From: Terracidiphilus sp. | Lineage (GTDB): Bacteria > Acidobacteriota > Terriglobia > Terriglobales > Acidobacteriaceae | Direction: 5' to 3' | Assembly: GCA_050012895.1 (NCBI GenBank) | Contig: JBEKGH010000026.1 | Location: forward strand, 2,190 to 66,189 | DNA: 64,000 bases | Part shown: in pieces, positions 1 through 10,051 of the stretch | Layout: each line of letters begins with the position of its first letter | Numbering within the stretch: the stretch's first letter is position 1 | Position numbers and translations under genes: made by a program | The notes under the pieces: model-generated | What the model was told of the DNA's origin: nothing | Seen by the model: the letters and a program-made list of their open reading frames with translations, nothing else | Database searches by the model: none

Positions 1-1224
1 ATCGACGACGGACTCTCCGTCGGCAACCAGCGCGGCCAGCACCAGCGAAGCAGAAGCGCGCAGATCGGAGCACATGACGGCGGCCGAGGAGAGCCGGGCC
101 GCGCCGCGCACCGTGGCGGTGTTGCCGTCCACCTTGATGTTGGCGCCCATACGCACCAACTCCTGCACATGCATGAAGCGGTTTTCGAAGATGTTTTCGC
201 AAACCAGGCTAACGCCCTCGGCTTGCGTGGCCAGGGCCATGTATTGGGCCTGCATGTCGGTGGGAAAACCGGGATACTCCTCGGTAGAAATGTCGGCTGC
301 GCGTAAACGCCCGTCGCCGTGGACGCGAACCGCATCGGGGCCGAGCACGTCGACGCGCGCGCCAGCCTCCCGCAGCTTGGCGATGACAGCGCCGAGGTGA
401 GCTGTGTTGCAATTCGCGACAATGAGATCGCCGCCGGTGATGGCGCCGGCCACGAGCAACGTTCCCGCTTCAATGCGATCGGGGATGATGCGATAGCGCG
501 CGCCGTGAAGTTTAGCTACGCCGCACACGCGGATGGTGGACGTGCCCGCGCCCTGAATCTTGGCGCCCATGGCGGTGAGCAGAGCAGCCAGATCGACGAC
601 CTCGGGCTCGCGGGCGCAGTTTTCGAGCAGCGTGTCACCCTCGGCCAGAACCGCGGCCATTAACAGGTCTTCGGTGCCGGTGACGGTGATCTTGTCAAAG
701 ACGATGTGCGCGCCTGTCAGCCGCTGGGCGCGCGCCTCAAGATAGCCATGCTCCTGCACGATGACCGCGCCCATTTTTTCCAGGCCCTTGATGTGCAGAT
801 CGATGGGACGGCCGCCGATGGCGCAGCCGCCGGGCATGGCCACCCGCGCCATGCCGGTGCGCGCAATAAGCGGACCCAGAACCAGGGAGCTGGCGCGCAT
901 GGTTTTCACGATCTCGTAGCGCGCCACGGGATCGGAGAGCGAGCGGCAACTGATCGTGGTGCGGTCGTGCGACTCGGCTTCCAACCCCGTGGACGAAGAC
1001 CTGTCCACGGGGACACCGCGCGCCGGCAGCTCTACCTCAGCACCCATCGAGGTCAGCAGCCGCCGCTCGGTATCGATGTCGCGCACCTGCGGAATATTTT
1101 CCAGTGTGACTTCATCCTCGGTAAGAATGGCTGCGGCCATGCACGGCAGCGCCGAGTTCTTGGCGCCCGAAACGCGAATGGTGCCGACCAGCGGATTGCC
1201 GCCGCGAATGACGAACTTGTCCAT
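1..1224 (-). CDS. murA: UDP-N-acetylglucosamine 1-carboxyvinyltransferase MurA (last ~10 codons lie beyond the window edge)
   Basis: Minus-strand translation from ATG 1222-1224: [27 protein letters not shown]...[17 protein letters not shown]...[11 protein letters not shown]...[13 protein letters not shown], collinear with MurA over its whole length. Absent from the ORF track because it runs off the edge. The + ORF 706..1242 is its antisense shadow. Confidence 0.85.
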   Translation of the reverse strand, partial: MDKFVIRGGNPLVGTIRVSGAKNSALPCMAAAILTEDEVTLENIPQVRDIDTERRLLTSMGAEVELPARGVPVDRSSSTGLEAESHDRTTISCRSLSDPVARYEIVKTMRASSLVLGPLIARTGMARVAMPGGCAIGGRPIDLHIKGLEKMGAVIVQEHGYLEARAQRLTGAHIVFDKITVTGTEDLLMAAVLAEGDTLLENCAREPEVVDLAALLTAMGAKIQGAGTSTIRVCGVAKLHGARYRIIPDRIEAGTLLVAGAITGGDLIVANCNTAHLGAVIAKLREAGARVDVLGPDAVRVHGDGRLRAADISTEEYPGFPTDMQAQYMALATQAEGVSLVCENIFENRFMHVQELVRMGANIKVDGNTATVRGAARLSSAAVMCSDLRASASLVLAALVADGESVVD

Positions 1225-1245
1225 AGAAATGCGAGCTTTTAGCTG

Positions 1246-2454
1246 CTAGCTCTTAAGTGTAAATGCGCAGCGTTGTGGCGGCGCGAGATGCGCGGTCAGG
1301 CGGGGCTGGAAAGTAGTTCGTGCACTTGCAGGGCGTGGTCGAGTTGGTACTGGAGTTCGGAGACCTTCACCCGGCCTTCCTCCGTTTGAGGGGCTGAGAC
1401 GATTTCCCGCGAAAGTTTCGCAATTTTGAATTTGGCGCTGGCTTTCATCTGGAGGAGGATAAAGCCGCAATCGATCAATGTCGCCATTCTCGAGCCAGTT
1501 GAGAGCCATGCAGGAGGGACAACCAGACACGAAAGGGCACGCCACGCAAGGAGAGGGCTCCGCCTTTCTAACCTCGTCCCATGTCTTGGGCGTGAAAACC
1601 AGAGGGCCAGCATATGTTCGGCCAGTTGAGACTGGGACGAAGCGGTGGCAAGGCAAAGGGTTGCCGTCGACGTCGTAGCAGATCATAGGACCGCCGGAAC
1701 CGCACCATCTCGGAAATTCTGCATCGTCGCCCTTGGCGAAAATTTTCTCGAACGGAAGATCGATGAGCCGCGACGGCTCCAGATGGGGATGTTGGAGATA
1801 GAATTGAATCAGGGCCTCCAACTGGTCGGAAAACTGCGCCATAGATGAATCCAGACGATCGCCCCAAATGTTTTCGAAGGGGACGTTGGCGCCAATTTGG
1901 TCGAACCCCATGGCATGGATTTCAGCGATTCCATCGGCAATCATGGAAATGGTGTCTGGACCGATGGTCATCTTGGCCCTCTTTTCGAACCCCATCCGTG
2001 TGCAGCGTTCGAGCGCCCAGGGCACATGCCGTATCATGCGGTCGTAAGAGTCGCAGCGATTAAGGTTGTGCGCTGTGCGTGTGCCATCTATGCTGAAGCC
2101 GAACGCCACGCACGAGTGACGGTCCAGCCACGCTTTGATCTCGTCAGTGAACAGGGTGCCGTTCGTCGTGAAAGAGAACACGAACTTTTTCGGCCATCTC
2201 TGGCTGTGAACGTACTCAACCAAAGAAACGATTACGTCCCAAACGAGAAGCGGCTCTCCGCCAATGAAGTCAAAATCGACCGTCTCATGGGGCCCCTCCT
2301 CATGCATGTGGCGGGCGGCGATTTCTTTCGCAGTAGCGACAGACATAGCGCGCGAGGACCGCTCAGCGCGAACCTCATAGCAATACGAGCAGCGCAAATT
2401 GCACCGGTCCGTAAGGTGCAGCTGGACCGTTCGAGTTTTGAGCCGCTCTGCCAT
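1246..2454 (-). CDS. radical SAM / SPASM-domain peptide-modifying enzyme (anSME-like maturase)
   Basis: Likely start MAERLKTRTVQLHLTDRCNLRCSYCYE (CxxxCxxC radical-SAM cluster). GGEPLL SAM-binding motif. C-terminal auxiliary-cluster Cys motifs WCGSGGPMICYDVDGNPLPCHRF and CVACPFVSGCPSC are typical of a SPASM domain. Low-complexity C-terminal tail. Lies 8 nt downstream of the Cys-rich peptide gene. Confidence 0.8.
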   Translation of the reverse strand: MAERLKTRTVQLHLTDRCNLRCSYCYEVRAERSSRAMSVATAKEIAARHMHEEGPHETVDFDFIGGEPLLVWDVIVSLVEYVHSQRWPKKFVFSFTTNGTLFTDEIKAWLDRHSCVAFGFSIDGTRTAHNLNRCDSYDRMIRHVPWALERCTRMGFEKRAKMTIGPDTISMIADGIAEIHAMGFDQIGANVPFENIWGDRLDSSMAQFSDQLEALIQFYLQHPHLEPSRLIDLPFEKIFAKGDDAEFPRWCGSGGPMICYDVDGNPLPCHRFVPVSTGRTYAGPLVFTPKTWDEVRKAEPSPCVACPFVSGCPSCMALNWLENGDIDRLRLYPPPDESQRQIQNCETFAGNRLSPSNGGRPGEGLRTPVPTRPRPASARTTFQPRLTAHLAPPQRCAFTLKS

Positions 2455-2462
2455 AAAAAGGA

Positions 2463-2903
2463 CTAGTTGAGCGAGGTGGCGCAACGGCCGGTGCAAGTAC
2501 CGCTGCAAGTACCGCTGCAACTACCGCTGCAATTATCGGCGCAGACGCCCGAGCAAGTACCGGTGCAAGTACCGCTGCAACTACCGGAGCAGGTGCCCGA
2601 GCAGGTATTGGAACATTGGTCACATTGGGCGCTCCCACGTTCGCTGAAGCCTCCGCCCGGCTGCTGGGGTTCAGCTTCCAAGGCGTGGGAATCAAGTGCC
2701 GCGCCTTGGATTTGACGCGCACGCTGGGCAGCTTCCACATCTCCTGAACTGAGCGTTAAGCTGGAGGCCAGCAGTTTGCGGCTTGCGGAGGTCAGCAGGA
2801 GAGCGACAGCTCCGCCAACGTGGATTGCGCTGCGGAGAAACTGCCTACGATCGGCAGCCGCCTCGTTGCGCGGTTCTGTCTCACCGCTCCGGTCCGTCTT
2901 CAT
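2463..2903 (-). CDS. Tat-signal precursor with C-terminal Cys-rich CxxxC repeat (candidate rSAM substrate / RiPP-like peptide)
   Basis: MKTDRSGETEPRNEAAADRRQFLRSAIHVGGAVALLLTSA: twin-arginine motif RRQFLR followed by a hydrophobic h-region. The C-terminal 50 aa are CDQCSNTCSGTCSGSCSGTCTGTCSGVCADNCSGSCSGTCSGTCTGRC (13 Cys at a 4-residue period), built from 12-nt DNA repeats. Start at the second Met; 2915 is the alternative. Confidence 0.55.
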   Translation of the reverse strand: MKTDRSGETEPRNEAAADRRQFLRSAIHVGGAVALLLTSASRKLLASSLTLSSGDVEAAQRARQIQGAALDSHALEAEPQQPGGGFSERGSAQCDQCSNTCSGTCSGSCSGTCTGTCSGVCADNCSGSCSGTCSGTCTGRCATSLN

Positions 2904-3122
2904 ATTCGACCTCATTCATTGGAGATGCACCGAAATGCCCGGGAAGCTCGCATCTCGCCGGTCCGCTACCGACAGTGTCAGTCTGCCTTGGACCTCAAAA
3001 AAACGTCTGTGTCCATCGTCACATCGACACGGCAGACCGCGAGCGTTGGTGGAGCAAAGCGTAGGGCCAGACGCCGGAAGGACGGGGCGCGTGAAATGGT
3101 GCAAAAGCACGCGGTCAGGAAT

Positions 3123-4106
3123 CTAATTTCCGGTTGGAGCGGCGGCGACGAGACTGAGCGGCTCGCTCAACGTGAAGAGCAGCACCGTTCCGTTTTCGAG
3201 TGTCGCCTGGGGATGGCTCACCAGCAGATGCACGGAGATGACGCTGGCGCCGATGATGGTTCCGGCCAGCGCACCGCCGGGTCCGCCGAGAATGGCTCCG
3301 GTGACCGCGCCTGCGCCCACCGCGCCGCCGTACTCAATGCCGTCCTTCTTGAGGCGCGAACCAGGCGTCACCAGGCCTTCGTTGCCAATGCGGTTTGTGG
3401 ATCCGGGAGCTTCGGTCAATTGCGCATAGAGGCGGAAGTGCGTGCCATCGGGCAGGGTGACGGTTTCAGGGCGCAGACGCATGGAGCCGTGGCCGCCGGC
3501 GCGACCCGAGGAGACCGAAATCACTTTGCCGTCAATTTGAGAACCGGCGGGAATAATGACCTGGCCGTTCTGGATCACGTCGGAGGCGACCCGCGTATGG
3601 AAGGACTCGCCGGGTTGGCTATCCGAAGTGGAAAGGCGGCCCATGAGGCGGACGCGAATGTTGGTGCCCTCGCCGAGTTCCCCCTGGGGCAGCGGGGCAG
3701 GATGCACGATATCGCCATCGGGATCGGCCATCTCTGAACGTGGGCCCGGACCCGGCTGGGAAGCGTTGTCCGCCGGCGCGATCTGCACGAGGCCGTCGTC
3801 GGTACCGTCGCCGTTGGACGGAGGTGGAAGTGTCTCCGTAGCGTTGGCCGGAGCAGGAGCCGTCTCATTGGGAACGGTCTCAGCCGCGTACGGAGGAGGT
3901 GCCGGCTGGGGCTGGGCGTAGTGGCTGGGTGAGGGCTTAGCGGGAGGCGCGGCCTCTGGCGCAGGGGTGGTGATGGTGCTGTCAGGAGGAGGGCTGGACG
4001 TACCCTGGTACGGATTCGACTGGTTCGCCTCCTGCGCTCCCAGTGCGACCGCCGTGGCGGCCAGCAATGCGTACACAAGCCCGTTCGCAAATATCGTCCG
4101 TTTCAT
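3123..4106 (-). CDS. secreted Pro-rich protein with C-terminal glycine-zipper segment
   Basis: Signal peptide MKRTIFANGLVYALLAATAVALGAQ, long P/A/T-rich low-complexity linker, C-terminal GGAVGAGAVTGAILGGPGGALAGTIIGA glycine zipper. Confidence 0.5.
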   Translation of the reverse strand: MKRTIFANGLVYALLAATAVALGAQEANQSNPYQGTSSPPPDSTITTPAPEAAPPAKPSPSHYAQPQPAPPPYAAETVPNETAPAPANATETLPPPSNGDGTDDGLVQIAPADNASQPGPGPRSEMADPDGDIVHPAPLPQGELGEGTNIRVRLMGRLSTSDSQPGESFHTRVASDVIQNGQVIIPAGSQIDGKVISVSSGRAGGHGSMRLRPETVTLPDGTHFRLYAQLTEAPGSTNRIGNEGLVTPGSRLKKDGIEYGGAVGAGAVTGAILGGPGGALAGTIIGASVISVHLLVSHPQATLENGTVLLFTLSEPLSLVAAAPTGN

Positions 4107-4376
4107 CCTGATCTCCTCTCGCCCATCCGCCCCGGGGACAGACTCTTCCCTTGACGCTGTAAACCCGGCTTGGCGGGGAAAGTCGCCTTACCGGTCAGGC
4201 AAATGCGAAAACCTAACCAAATACAAGCGTAGCGTGCAATGGGAATGTCTCTTGGGTCGGCCCACACTCGGGTGCCTCGCGCGATACGAATCAATAAGGT
4301 TAATGGGAGGGTTAATGCCCGACACATGGCGCAACGCATGCGCAGGGTGTGACCGCTGCCACACAGCCTGCGGTAG

Positions 4377-5776
<1,400 letters not shown>

Positions 5777-5795
5777 GTTTCTACTCTATATCGAT

Positions 5796-5868
5796 TTGTC
5801 ATCCTGAGCGAAGCAGGGCCGCGTTCTTTGCGGCCCTGCGAAGCCGAAGGATCTGCGGTTGCTTTTAC
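5796..5868. repeat. dispersed repeat family A (GTCATCCTGAGCGAAG-[insert]-CGAAGGATCTGCGGTTGC), copy with a 10-bp-stem hairpin insert
   Basis: tgtcatcctgagcgaag cagggccgcgttctttgcggccctg cgaagccgaaggatctgcggttgctttt. The same core recurs at 18308-18372, 19786-19850 (reverse) and 34278-34318 (reverse). Confidence 0.6.
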
Positions 5869-5903
5869 TTCTCTCTCCCAACCGCCGTTGCTCTCGCCCA
5901 ACC

Positions 5904-5972
5904 ACGGATTTGTCATCCTGAGCAAGATTTGGCGCGCGCGACGCGCCAAATCGCGTCGAGGGACCTGCATTT
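5904..5972. repeat. partial second copy of repeat family A with a palindromic insert
   Basis: ggatttgtcatcctgagc, then the palindrome gatttggcgcgcgcgacgcgccaaatc. Confidence 0.4.
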
Positions 5973-6071
5973 ATCTTCGCGTGACCCAGATATCGCCAAG
6001 AAACTGGCATTGAGCCGATGCGTATATGTCGATACGCCCTAAAGCAACTGGAACACCGCTGTATTGCCCGA

Positions 6072-6821
6072 TTAGCGACTCGCTCCGCCCGTGCTTGCAG
6101 CCTTGTTGACAGCCTGCTCAATTTGCGCGGCGTCTCCCAGATAATAATGACGAATCGATTTCAAGTTCTCGTCAAGCTCCTGCACCATCGGCACACCGGT
6201 AGGAATGTTGAGGTCGACAATCTTCTCATCTGGAACGTCTTCAAGATACTTCACAAGTGCCCGCAGGCTGTTGCCGTGGGCCGCAATCAGGACCCGCTTC
6301 CCTGACCGTATGCTGGGAGCGATGACCTCGTTCCAGAACGGCAGAACGCGGTCAACCGTGTCCTTGAGGCATTCGGTCAGTGGAAGCTGCTGCTTTGAAA
6401 GCTCGCGATAGCGCGGGTCCTTCCCCGGATAACGCGGATCGGCCTCGTCCAGCGCCGGTGGGCGAATGTCGTAACTGCGGCGCCAGATTTTCACCTGCTC
6501 CTCACCATACTTCGCTGCCGTCTCCGCCTTATTTAGGCCTTGCAGCGCTCCATAATGCCGTTCATTGAGCCGCCAGTCGCGCGCGACGGGAATCCACATC
6601 AGGTCCATTTGGTCCAGCGTGATCCACAGGGTGCGTATCGCGCGCTTCAGTACCGAGGTGAAGGCGACGTCGAAGCCATGTCCCTGCTCCTTGAGCATGC
6701 GGCCGGCCTGTGTGGCCTCTTCTCTGCCTTTCTCCGACAGGTCAACGTCTGTCCAGCCGGTAAACAGGTTTTCCTTATTCCAGATGCTCTCTCCATGGCG
6801 AAGCAAAACGACTTTATACAT
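6072..6821 (-). CDS. gpmA: 2,3-bisphosphoglycerate-dependent phosphoglycerate mutase
   Basis: [32 protein letters not shown]...[31 protein letters not shown]...: the His-phosphatase RHGES motif and dPGM-family collinearity. Confidence 0.9.
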   Translation of the reverse strand: MYKVVLLRHGESIWNKENLFTGWTDVDLSEKGREEATQAGRMLKEQGHGFDVAFTSVLKRAIRTLWITLDQMDLMWIPVARDWRLNERHYGALQGLNKAETAAKYGEEQVKIWRRSYDIRPPALDEADPRYPGKDPRYRELSKQQLPLTECLKDTVDRVLPFWNEVIAPSIRSGKRVLIAAHGNSLRALVKYLEDVPDEKIVDLNIPTGVPMVQELDENLKSIRHYYLGDAAQIEQAVNKAASTGGASR

Positions 6822-6896
6822 TTCGGCGCTCTCTTTCTTAAGCAGTCCTTTTTTTTGTTGATGATTCGCTCCAATTATACGAAAAGGACTGAACGC

Positions 6897-6938
6897 ACAA
6901 AGGCCTCCCGACGAGGGAGGCCTTATTGTCTGATTTTA
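6897..6938. terminator. GC-rich hairpin (aaggcctccc-gacga-gggaggcctt) between two minus-strand genes, possible terminator
   Basis: Perfect 10-bp stem with a 5-nt loop, followed by attgtctgatttt on the + strand. The U-tract is weak, so the transcribed strand and function are uncertain. Confidence 0.35.
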
Positions 6939-6950
6939 CCGCTGCCGCCG

Positions 6951-7418
6951 TTAGCGCAGGCGCAGGGCTTTAATGGCTGCGGGCAGGCGTTCTTCAATCA
7001 GCTTGGCGCGCTCGATGGCGATGCCGCCAAGGTACGACGGCGCGGGGGTGGCCATCAGCACCAGTGCTAGAGCGATTACGGAAAAGATCAGTCCCGCGAT
7101 GCCGGCCGAGATCAGCATGTGGTAGGTGTCCTCGACGTCCAGTGCGAAGACATTGAAGGCCACATGCTCCAGTGGGCGGATGTGCTTCAAAACCGCGAGC
7201 GCAAACAGGAAAAAGACGGCTGACAGCGAGGTTAGAACCGCCAGCGTGACGTCAAGGCTGCGATGGAACTTTTGACGCGCGCTACAATGGGCGCATTCGG
7301 CAAAATGACTTTCGTAGTCCCGGCGCATCTCAGGAGAGATGCCGGAAATGTCATACCGCCAGCTTGCCAGAATTGCCCCTACGACCCGGTCGGTGCATTG
7401 GATTCTTGCTGTAGACAT
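6951..7418 (-). CDS. membrane protein with zf-HC2 (anti-sigma-factor-like) zinc finger
   Basis: HFAECAHCSARQ matches H-x3-C-x2-C. Two predicted TM helices follow (LAVLTSLSAVFFLFALAVL, ISAGIAGLIFSVIALALVLMA). No ECF sigma gene is adjacent in the window. Confidence 0.5.
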   Translation of the reverse strand: MSTARIQCTDRVVGAILASWRYDISGISPEMRRDYESHFAECAHCSARQKFHRSLDVTLAVLTSLSAVFFLFALAVLKHIRPLEHVAFNVFALDVEDTYHMLISAGIAGLIFSVIALALVLMATPAPSYLGGIAIERAKLIEERLPAAIKALRLR

Positions 7419-7632
7419 TAGGAAATCACCTGCAAAGAATTCCGTTCAACCGCCGAGCTCCCGTGTGGAGGATCGTTACGGAAGCTTGTTTATTGGACGC
7501 CCCGACGAGTGCTCGGTTGCACAACGTCCACAAATAGACAGCGCCGCACACTTTACCCGGCGCCTTGTTCCGGCCCATCGTGCATCTTCAATTCGTGGCC
7601 GTTACCTTGCTTACTATTGTAACTCTTTCTTT

Positions 7633-8664
7633 TTAGAAACTGATAGCGGAAAGCGGCTCATGTTGCGCAGCCAGCAACAGACGGTTGGCCAATAGGCTGG
7701 CCCGGCCCAGCAAAGCGCGCTCGGCGGCGACCCGCGCCAGCTCAGGAAGGTTATTGTTTTCAGAAAGATGCCCAAGAATGACGTAGGCGGCCTGGCCGTC
7801 GTAGTCGGCGGCAAGGAAGTCCGAGGCGGCGTCGTTTGAGAGGTGTCCCACTCTGGACAAGACCCGTTGTTTGACCGACCAGGGGTAAGGACCGTCACGC
7901 AGCATCTCGAGATCGTGGTTTGATTCAAGTAGCAGCAGGTCCAGGTTGCGCAACTGTTCCCTTACGTTCGGCGGGATGTAGCCGAGGTCGGTGGCAAAGC
8001 CCAGACGAACTCCCTCGGAGCTCAAGACAAACCCCACCGGATCGGCCGCATCATGCGGAATCGTAAAAGGGTTAAGACAGATATCGCCGATAGAGAAGGG
8101 CTGGCCGGCCTGGAAGTATTCGATGGCCGGAAGCCAGGTGGGATCGTCTTTGAGCGCGGGCGGACGGCATCCAGCGGGGTCAGGGGTTGGGTCCAGAGCC
8201 GAGACCGGAGCCGGCCCCCGTGCCAAGTCTGATGCGGTGGGCGCGGCCGATGGGGCCGAGTTTTCTACATCCGCCTCGTCCAGATCGTTTTCTGCAGCCT
8301 CTGTTGCCGATTCAGGTTCGGCCCGCCTCTCGGCAGCCTGTTTGCGGACCATTTCCAGCCATTGGGCGTAGCTCATCTGGCGGCGGGGCTGAAGCCAGCG
8401 CATCCAGGCGCGATGCGTGGCCTCAGTAAAGTACACCGGGATGCCCAGCTTGCGCGCAGTCACCGCGAGGCCGTTTACGTGGTCCTGATGCTCGTGCGTA
8501 ATGACAATGGCGTTGAGGGTGGCGGGCTCTTCCCCGGCCAGCTTCATGCGCCGGAAGAGCTCGCGGCAACTCAAGCCGGCGTCGACGAGGATGCGGGTGC
8601 GGCCGCCAGTAAGAACCGTGCAGTTGCCCTTCGACCCCGACGCCAGCACAGTGAAACGGACCAT
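7633..8664 (-). CDS. MBL-fold metallo-hydrolase
   Basis: MVRFTVLASGSKGNCTVL...ILVDAG...AIVITHEHQDHVNGL (HxHxDH motif). Long low-complexity acidic insert in the middle. Confidence 0.75.
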   Translation of the reverse strand: MVRFTVLASGSKGNCTVLTGGRTRILVDAGLSCRELFRRMKLAGEEPATLNAIVITHEHQDHVNGLAVTARKLGIPVYFTEATHRAWMRWLQPRRQMSYAQWLEMVRKQAAERRAEPESATEAAENDLDEADVENSAPSAAPTASDLARGPAPVSALDPTPDPAGCRPPALKDDPTWLPAIEYFQAGQPFSIGDICLNPFTIPHDAADPVGFVLSSEGVRLGFATDLGYIPPNVREQLRNLDLLLLESNHDLEMLRDGPYPWSVKQRVLSRVGHLSNDAASDFLAADYDGQAAYVILGHLSENNNLPELARVAAERALLGRASLLANRLLLAAQHEPLSAISF

Positions 8665-8794
8665 GGTTTGAGCATACAATCTTGGGAATACAATCCGGGG
8701 TCTGTGGAGAACCCGTCCGTCCCATCCCCGTCACCCGACTGGGTAGTCGTCGGCATTGCCGGAGGTTCAAGTTCTCGATCGAAAGGAGCCGCGC

Positions 8795-9328
8795 ATGAAA
8801 TCCCACTCCGTGCTTGCCATCCTGCTGGCTTGCGCTGCAATCACACCTGCCATGGCGCGCGCGCAAAACTCAAGCCCGCAAAGTACCGGGCCAGCTCCCC
8901 TCCCTACGCCGATCGTCTACCACAATACGCAGTACGGATTCTGCTTTTTGCTGCCCGCGGATTGGAAGGGTTACACAATTGTCGCCGGCAAGTGGAGCGG
9001 GACCCTGCTGAACACAGGGAAGATGATGCACGGACCTCAGCTTATAATTCGACACCCGGCATGGACGGAAGACGATCCGTATCAGGACATCCCCATCATG
9101 GTTTTCACGCAGGCACAATGGCGCGAGAAAGAGGAGCACGGACTCATCGCAAGTACGTTCGGAGCCGATTGGGGCCCCTTCGGAAGCAATGCAAGGTATG
9201 TTTTCAAACAGCCGGACCGCTGGGTTGGCTACACCGACGATAAGGGGTGGAGAGAAGTGGAAGATTTGATGATGACCCACCCGTTCCAGGCGCCGTGCGC
9301 AAATAGCAAGGCGTCAGCCGCAAAATAG
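8795..9328 (+). CDS. secreted hypothetical protein, tandem paralog 1
   Basis: RBS AAGGAG 7 nt upstream. Signal peptide MKSHSVLAILLACAAITPAMARAQ. Shares PTPIVYHNTQY.FCFLLPADWKGYTIVA..WSGT.L.TG with the next gene. Confidence 0.6.
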   Translation: MKSHSVLAILLACAAITPAMARAQNSSPQSTGPAPLPTPIVYHNTQYGFCFLLPADWKGYTIVAGKWSGTLLNTGKMMHGPQLIIRHPAWTEDDPYQDIPIMVFTQAQWREKEEHGLIASTFGADWGPFGSNARYVFKQPDRWVGYTDDKGWREVEDLMMTHPFQAPCANSKASAAK

Positions 9329-9432
9329 TATTTGGGCTTCACAATTTTGCGATCGCCTCAAGACAGGTGCGGGCGTGGACGCCTACACGACGGCCGGTGA
9401 GGGGACCGGCGCCACTTCGAAGGGAGTTGAAC

Positions 9433-9957
9433 GTGAGAATCCATGCGGTGTGTTGTTTTCTGTTGACGTCTGCCCTGCTGCTGCCGGCTTGCGCAAATGC
9501 GCAACCCGCGCCGGCTCTCATCCCCACGCCAATCGTCTACCACAATACGCAGTACCAATTCTGCTTTTTGCTGCCCGCGGATTGGAAGGGTTACACGATT
9601 GTCGCCGACGAGTGGAGCGGGACCGTGCTGGACACAGGGCAGAAAGAGAGCGGGCCGCAACTGCTGATTCGCAATCCCAAGTGGACCGAGGCCGATCCCT
9701 GGCAGGACATTCCCATCATGATCTTCACACCCAGCCAGTGGAAGATTGTGGCAGCCGACAACATGGCGGTGAGCGCCGCGCCCATTGGGCCTGCCGAACT
9801 GGGCAGCAACAAGAGCTACGTGTTTGCGCTGCCACCGCGCTGGATCGGGTTTACGGACGCGGAAGGGACGGACGAAGTGCAGACGTTGATGAACCAGAAT
9901 CCATTTCAGGCGTCGTGCGGGCACAAGAGCACGCAGCCCATCGCGAACCTTCCCTAG
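9433..9957 (+). CDS. secreted hypothetical protein, tandem paralog 2 (GTG start)
   Basis: RBS AGGGAG, then GTG at 9433. VRIHAVCCFLLTSALLLPACANAQ signal peptide. Paralogous to 8795..9328. Confidence 0.55.
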   Translation: MRIHAVCCFLLTSALLLPACANAQPAPALIPTPIVYHNTQYQFCFLLPADWKGYTIVADEWSGTVLDTGQKESGPQLLIRNPKWTEADPWQDIPIMIFTPSQWKIVAADNMAVSAAPIGPAELGSNKSYVFALPPRWIGFTDAEGTDEVQTLMNQNPFQASCGHKSTQPIANLP

Positions 9958-9983
9958 AATTTATGCGTGAATTCGCTCTTTAA

Positions 9984-10033
9984 GTAGCGCCGGTCTCCAG
10001 ACCGGCTGTACTGGCGGCGTCCACGCCGCCAGC
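9984..10033. repeat. REP element (GTAGCGCCGGTCTCCAGACCGGC palindrome plus GGCGGCGTCCACGCCGCC)
   Basis: The palindromic unit recurs at 12223, 12352, 17336, 46797, 52477 and 62531. Confidence 0.7.
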
Positions 10034-10051
10034 GGCGGCGCGCAGCATCGC

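Noticed and set aside
706-1242. 178-aa + ORF at window start
   Set aside because: Antisense of murA, which reads cleanly on the minus strand.
2467-2715. 82-aa + ORF with PLQVPLQLPLQL repeats
   Set aside because: It is the reverse-strand reading of the Cys-repeat peptide gene's 12-nt repeats.
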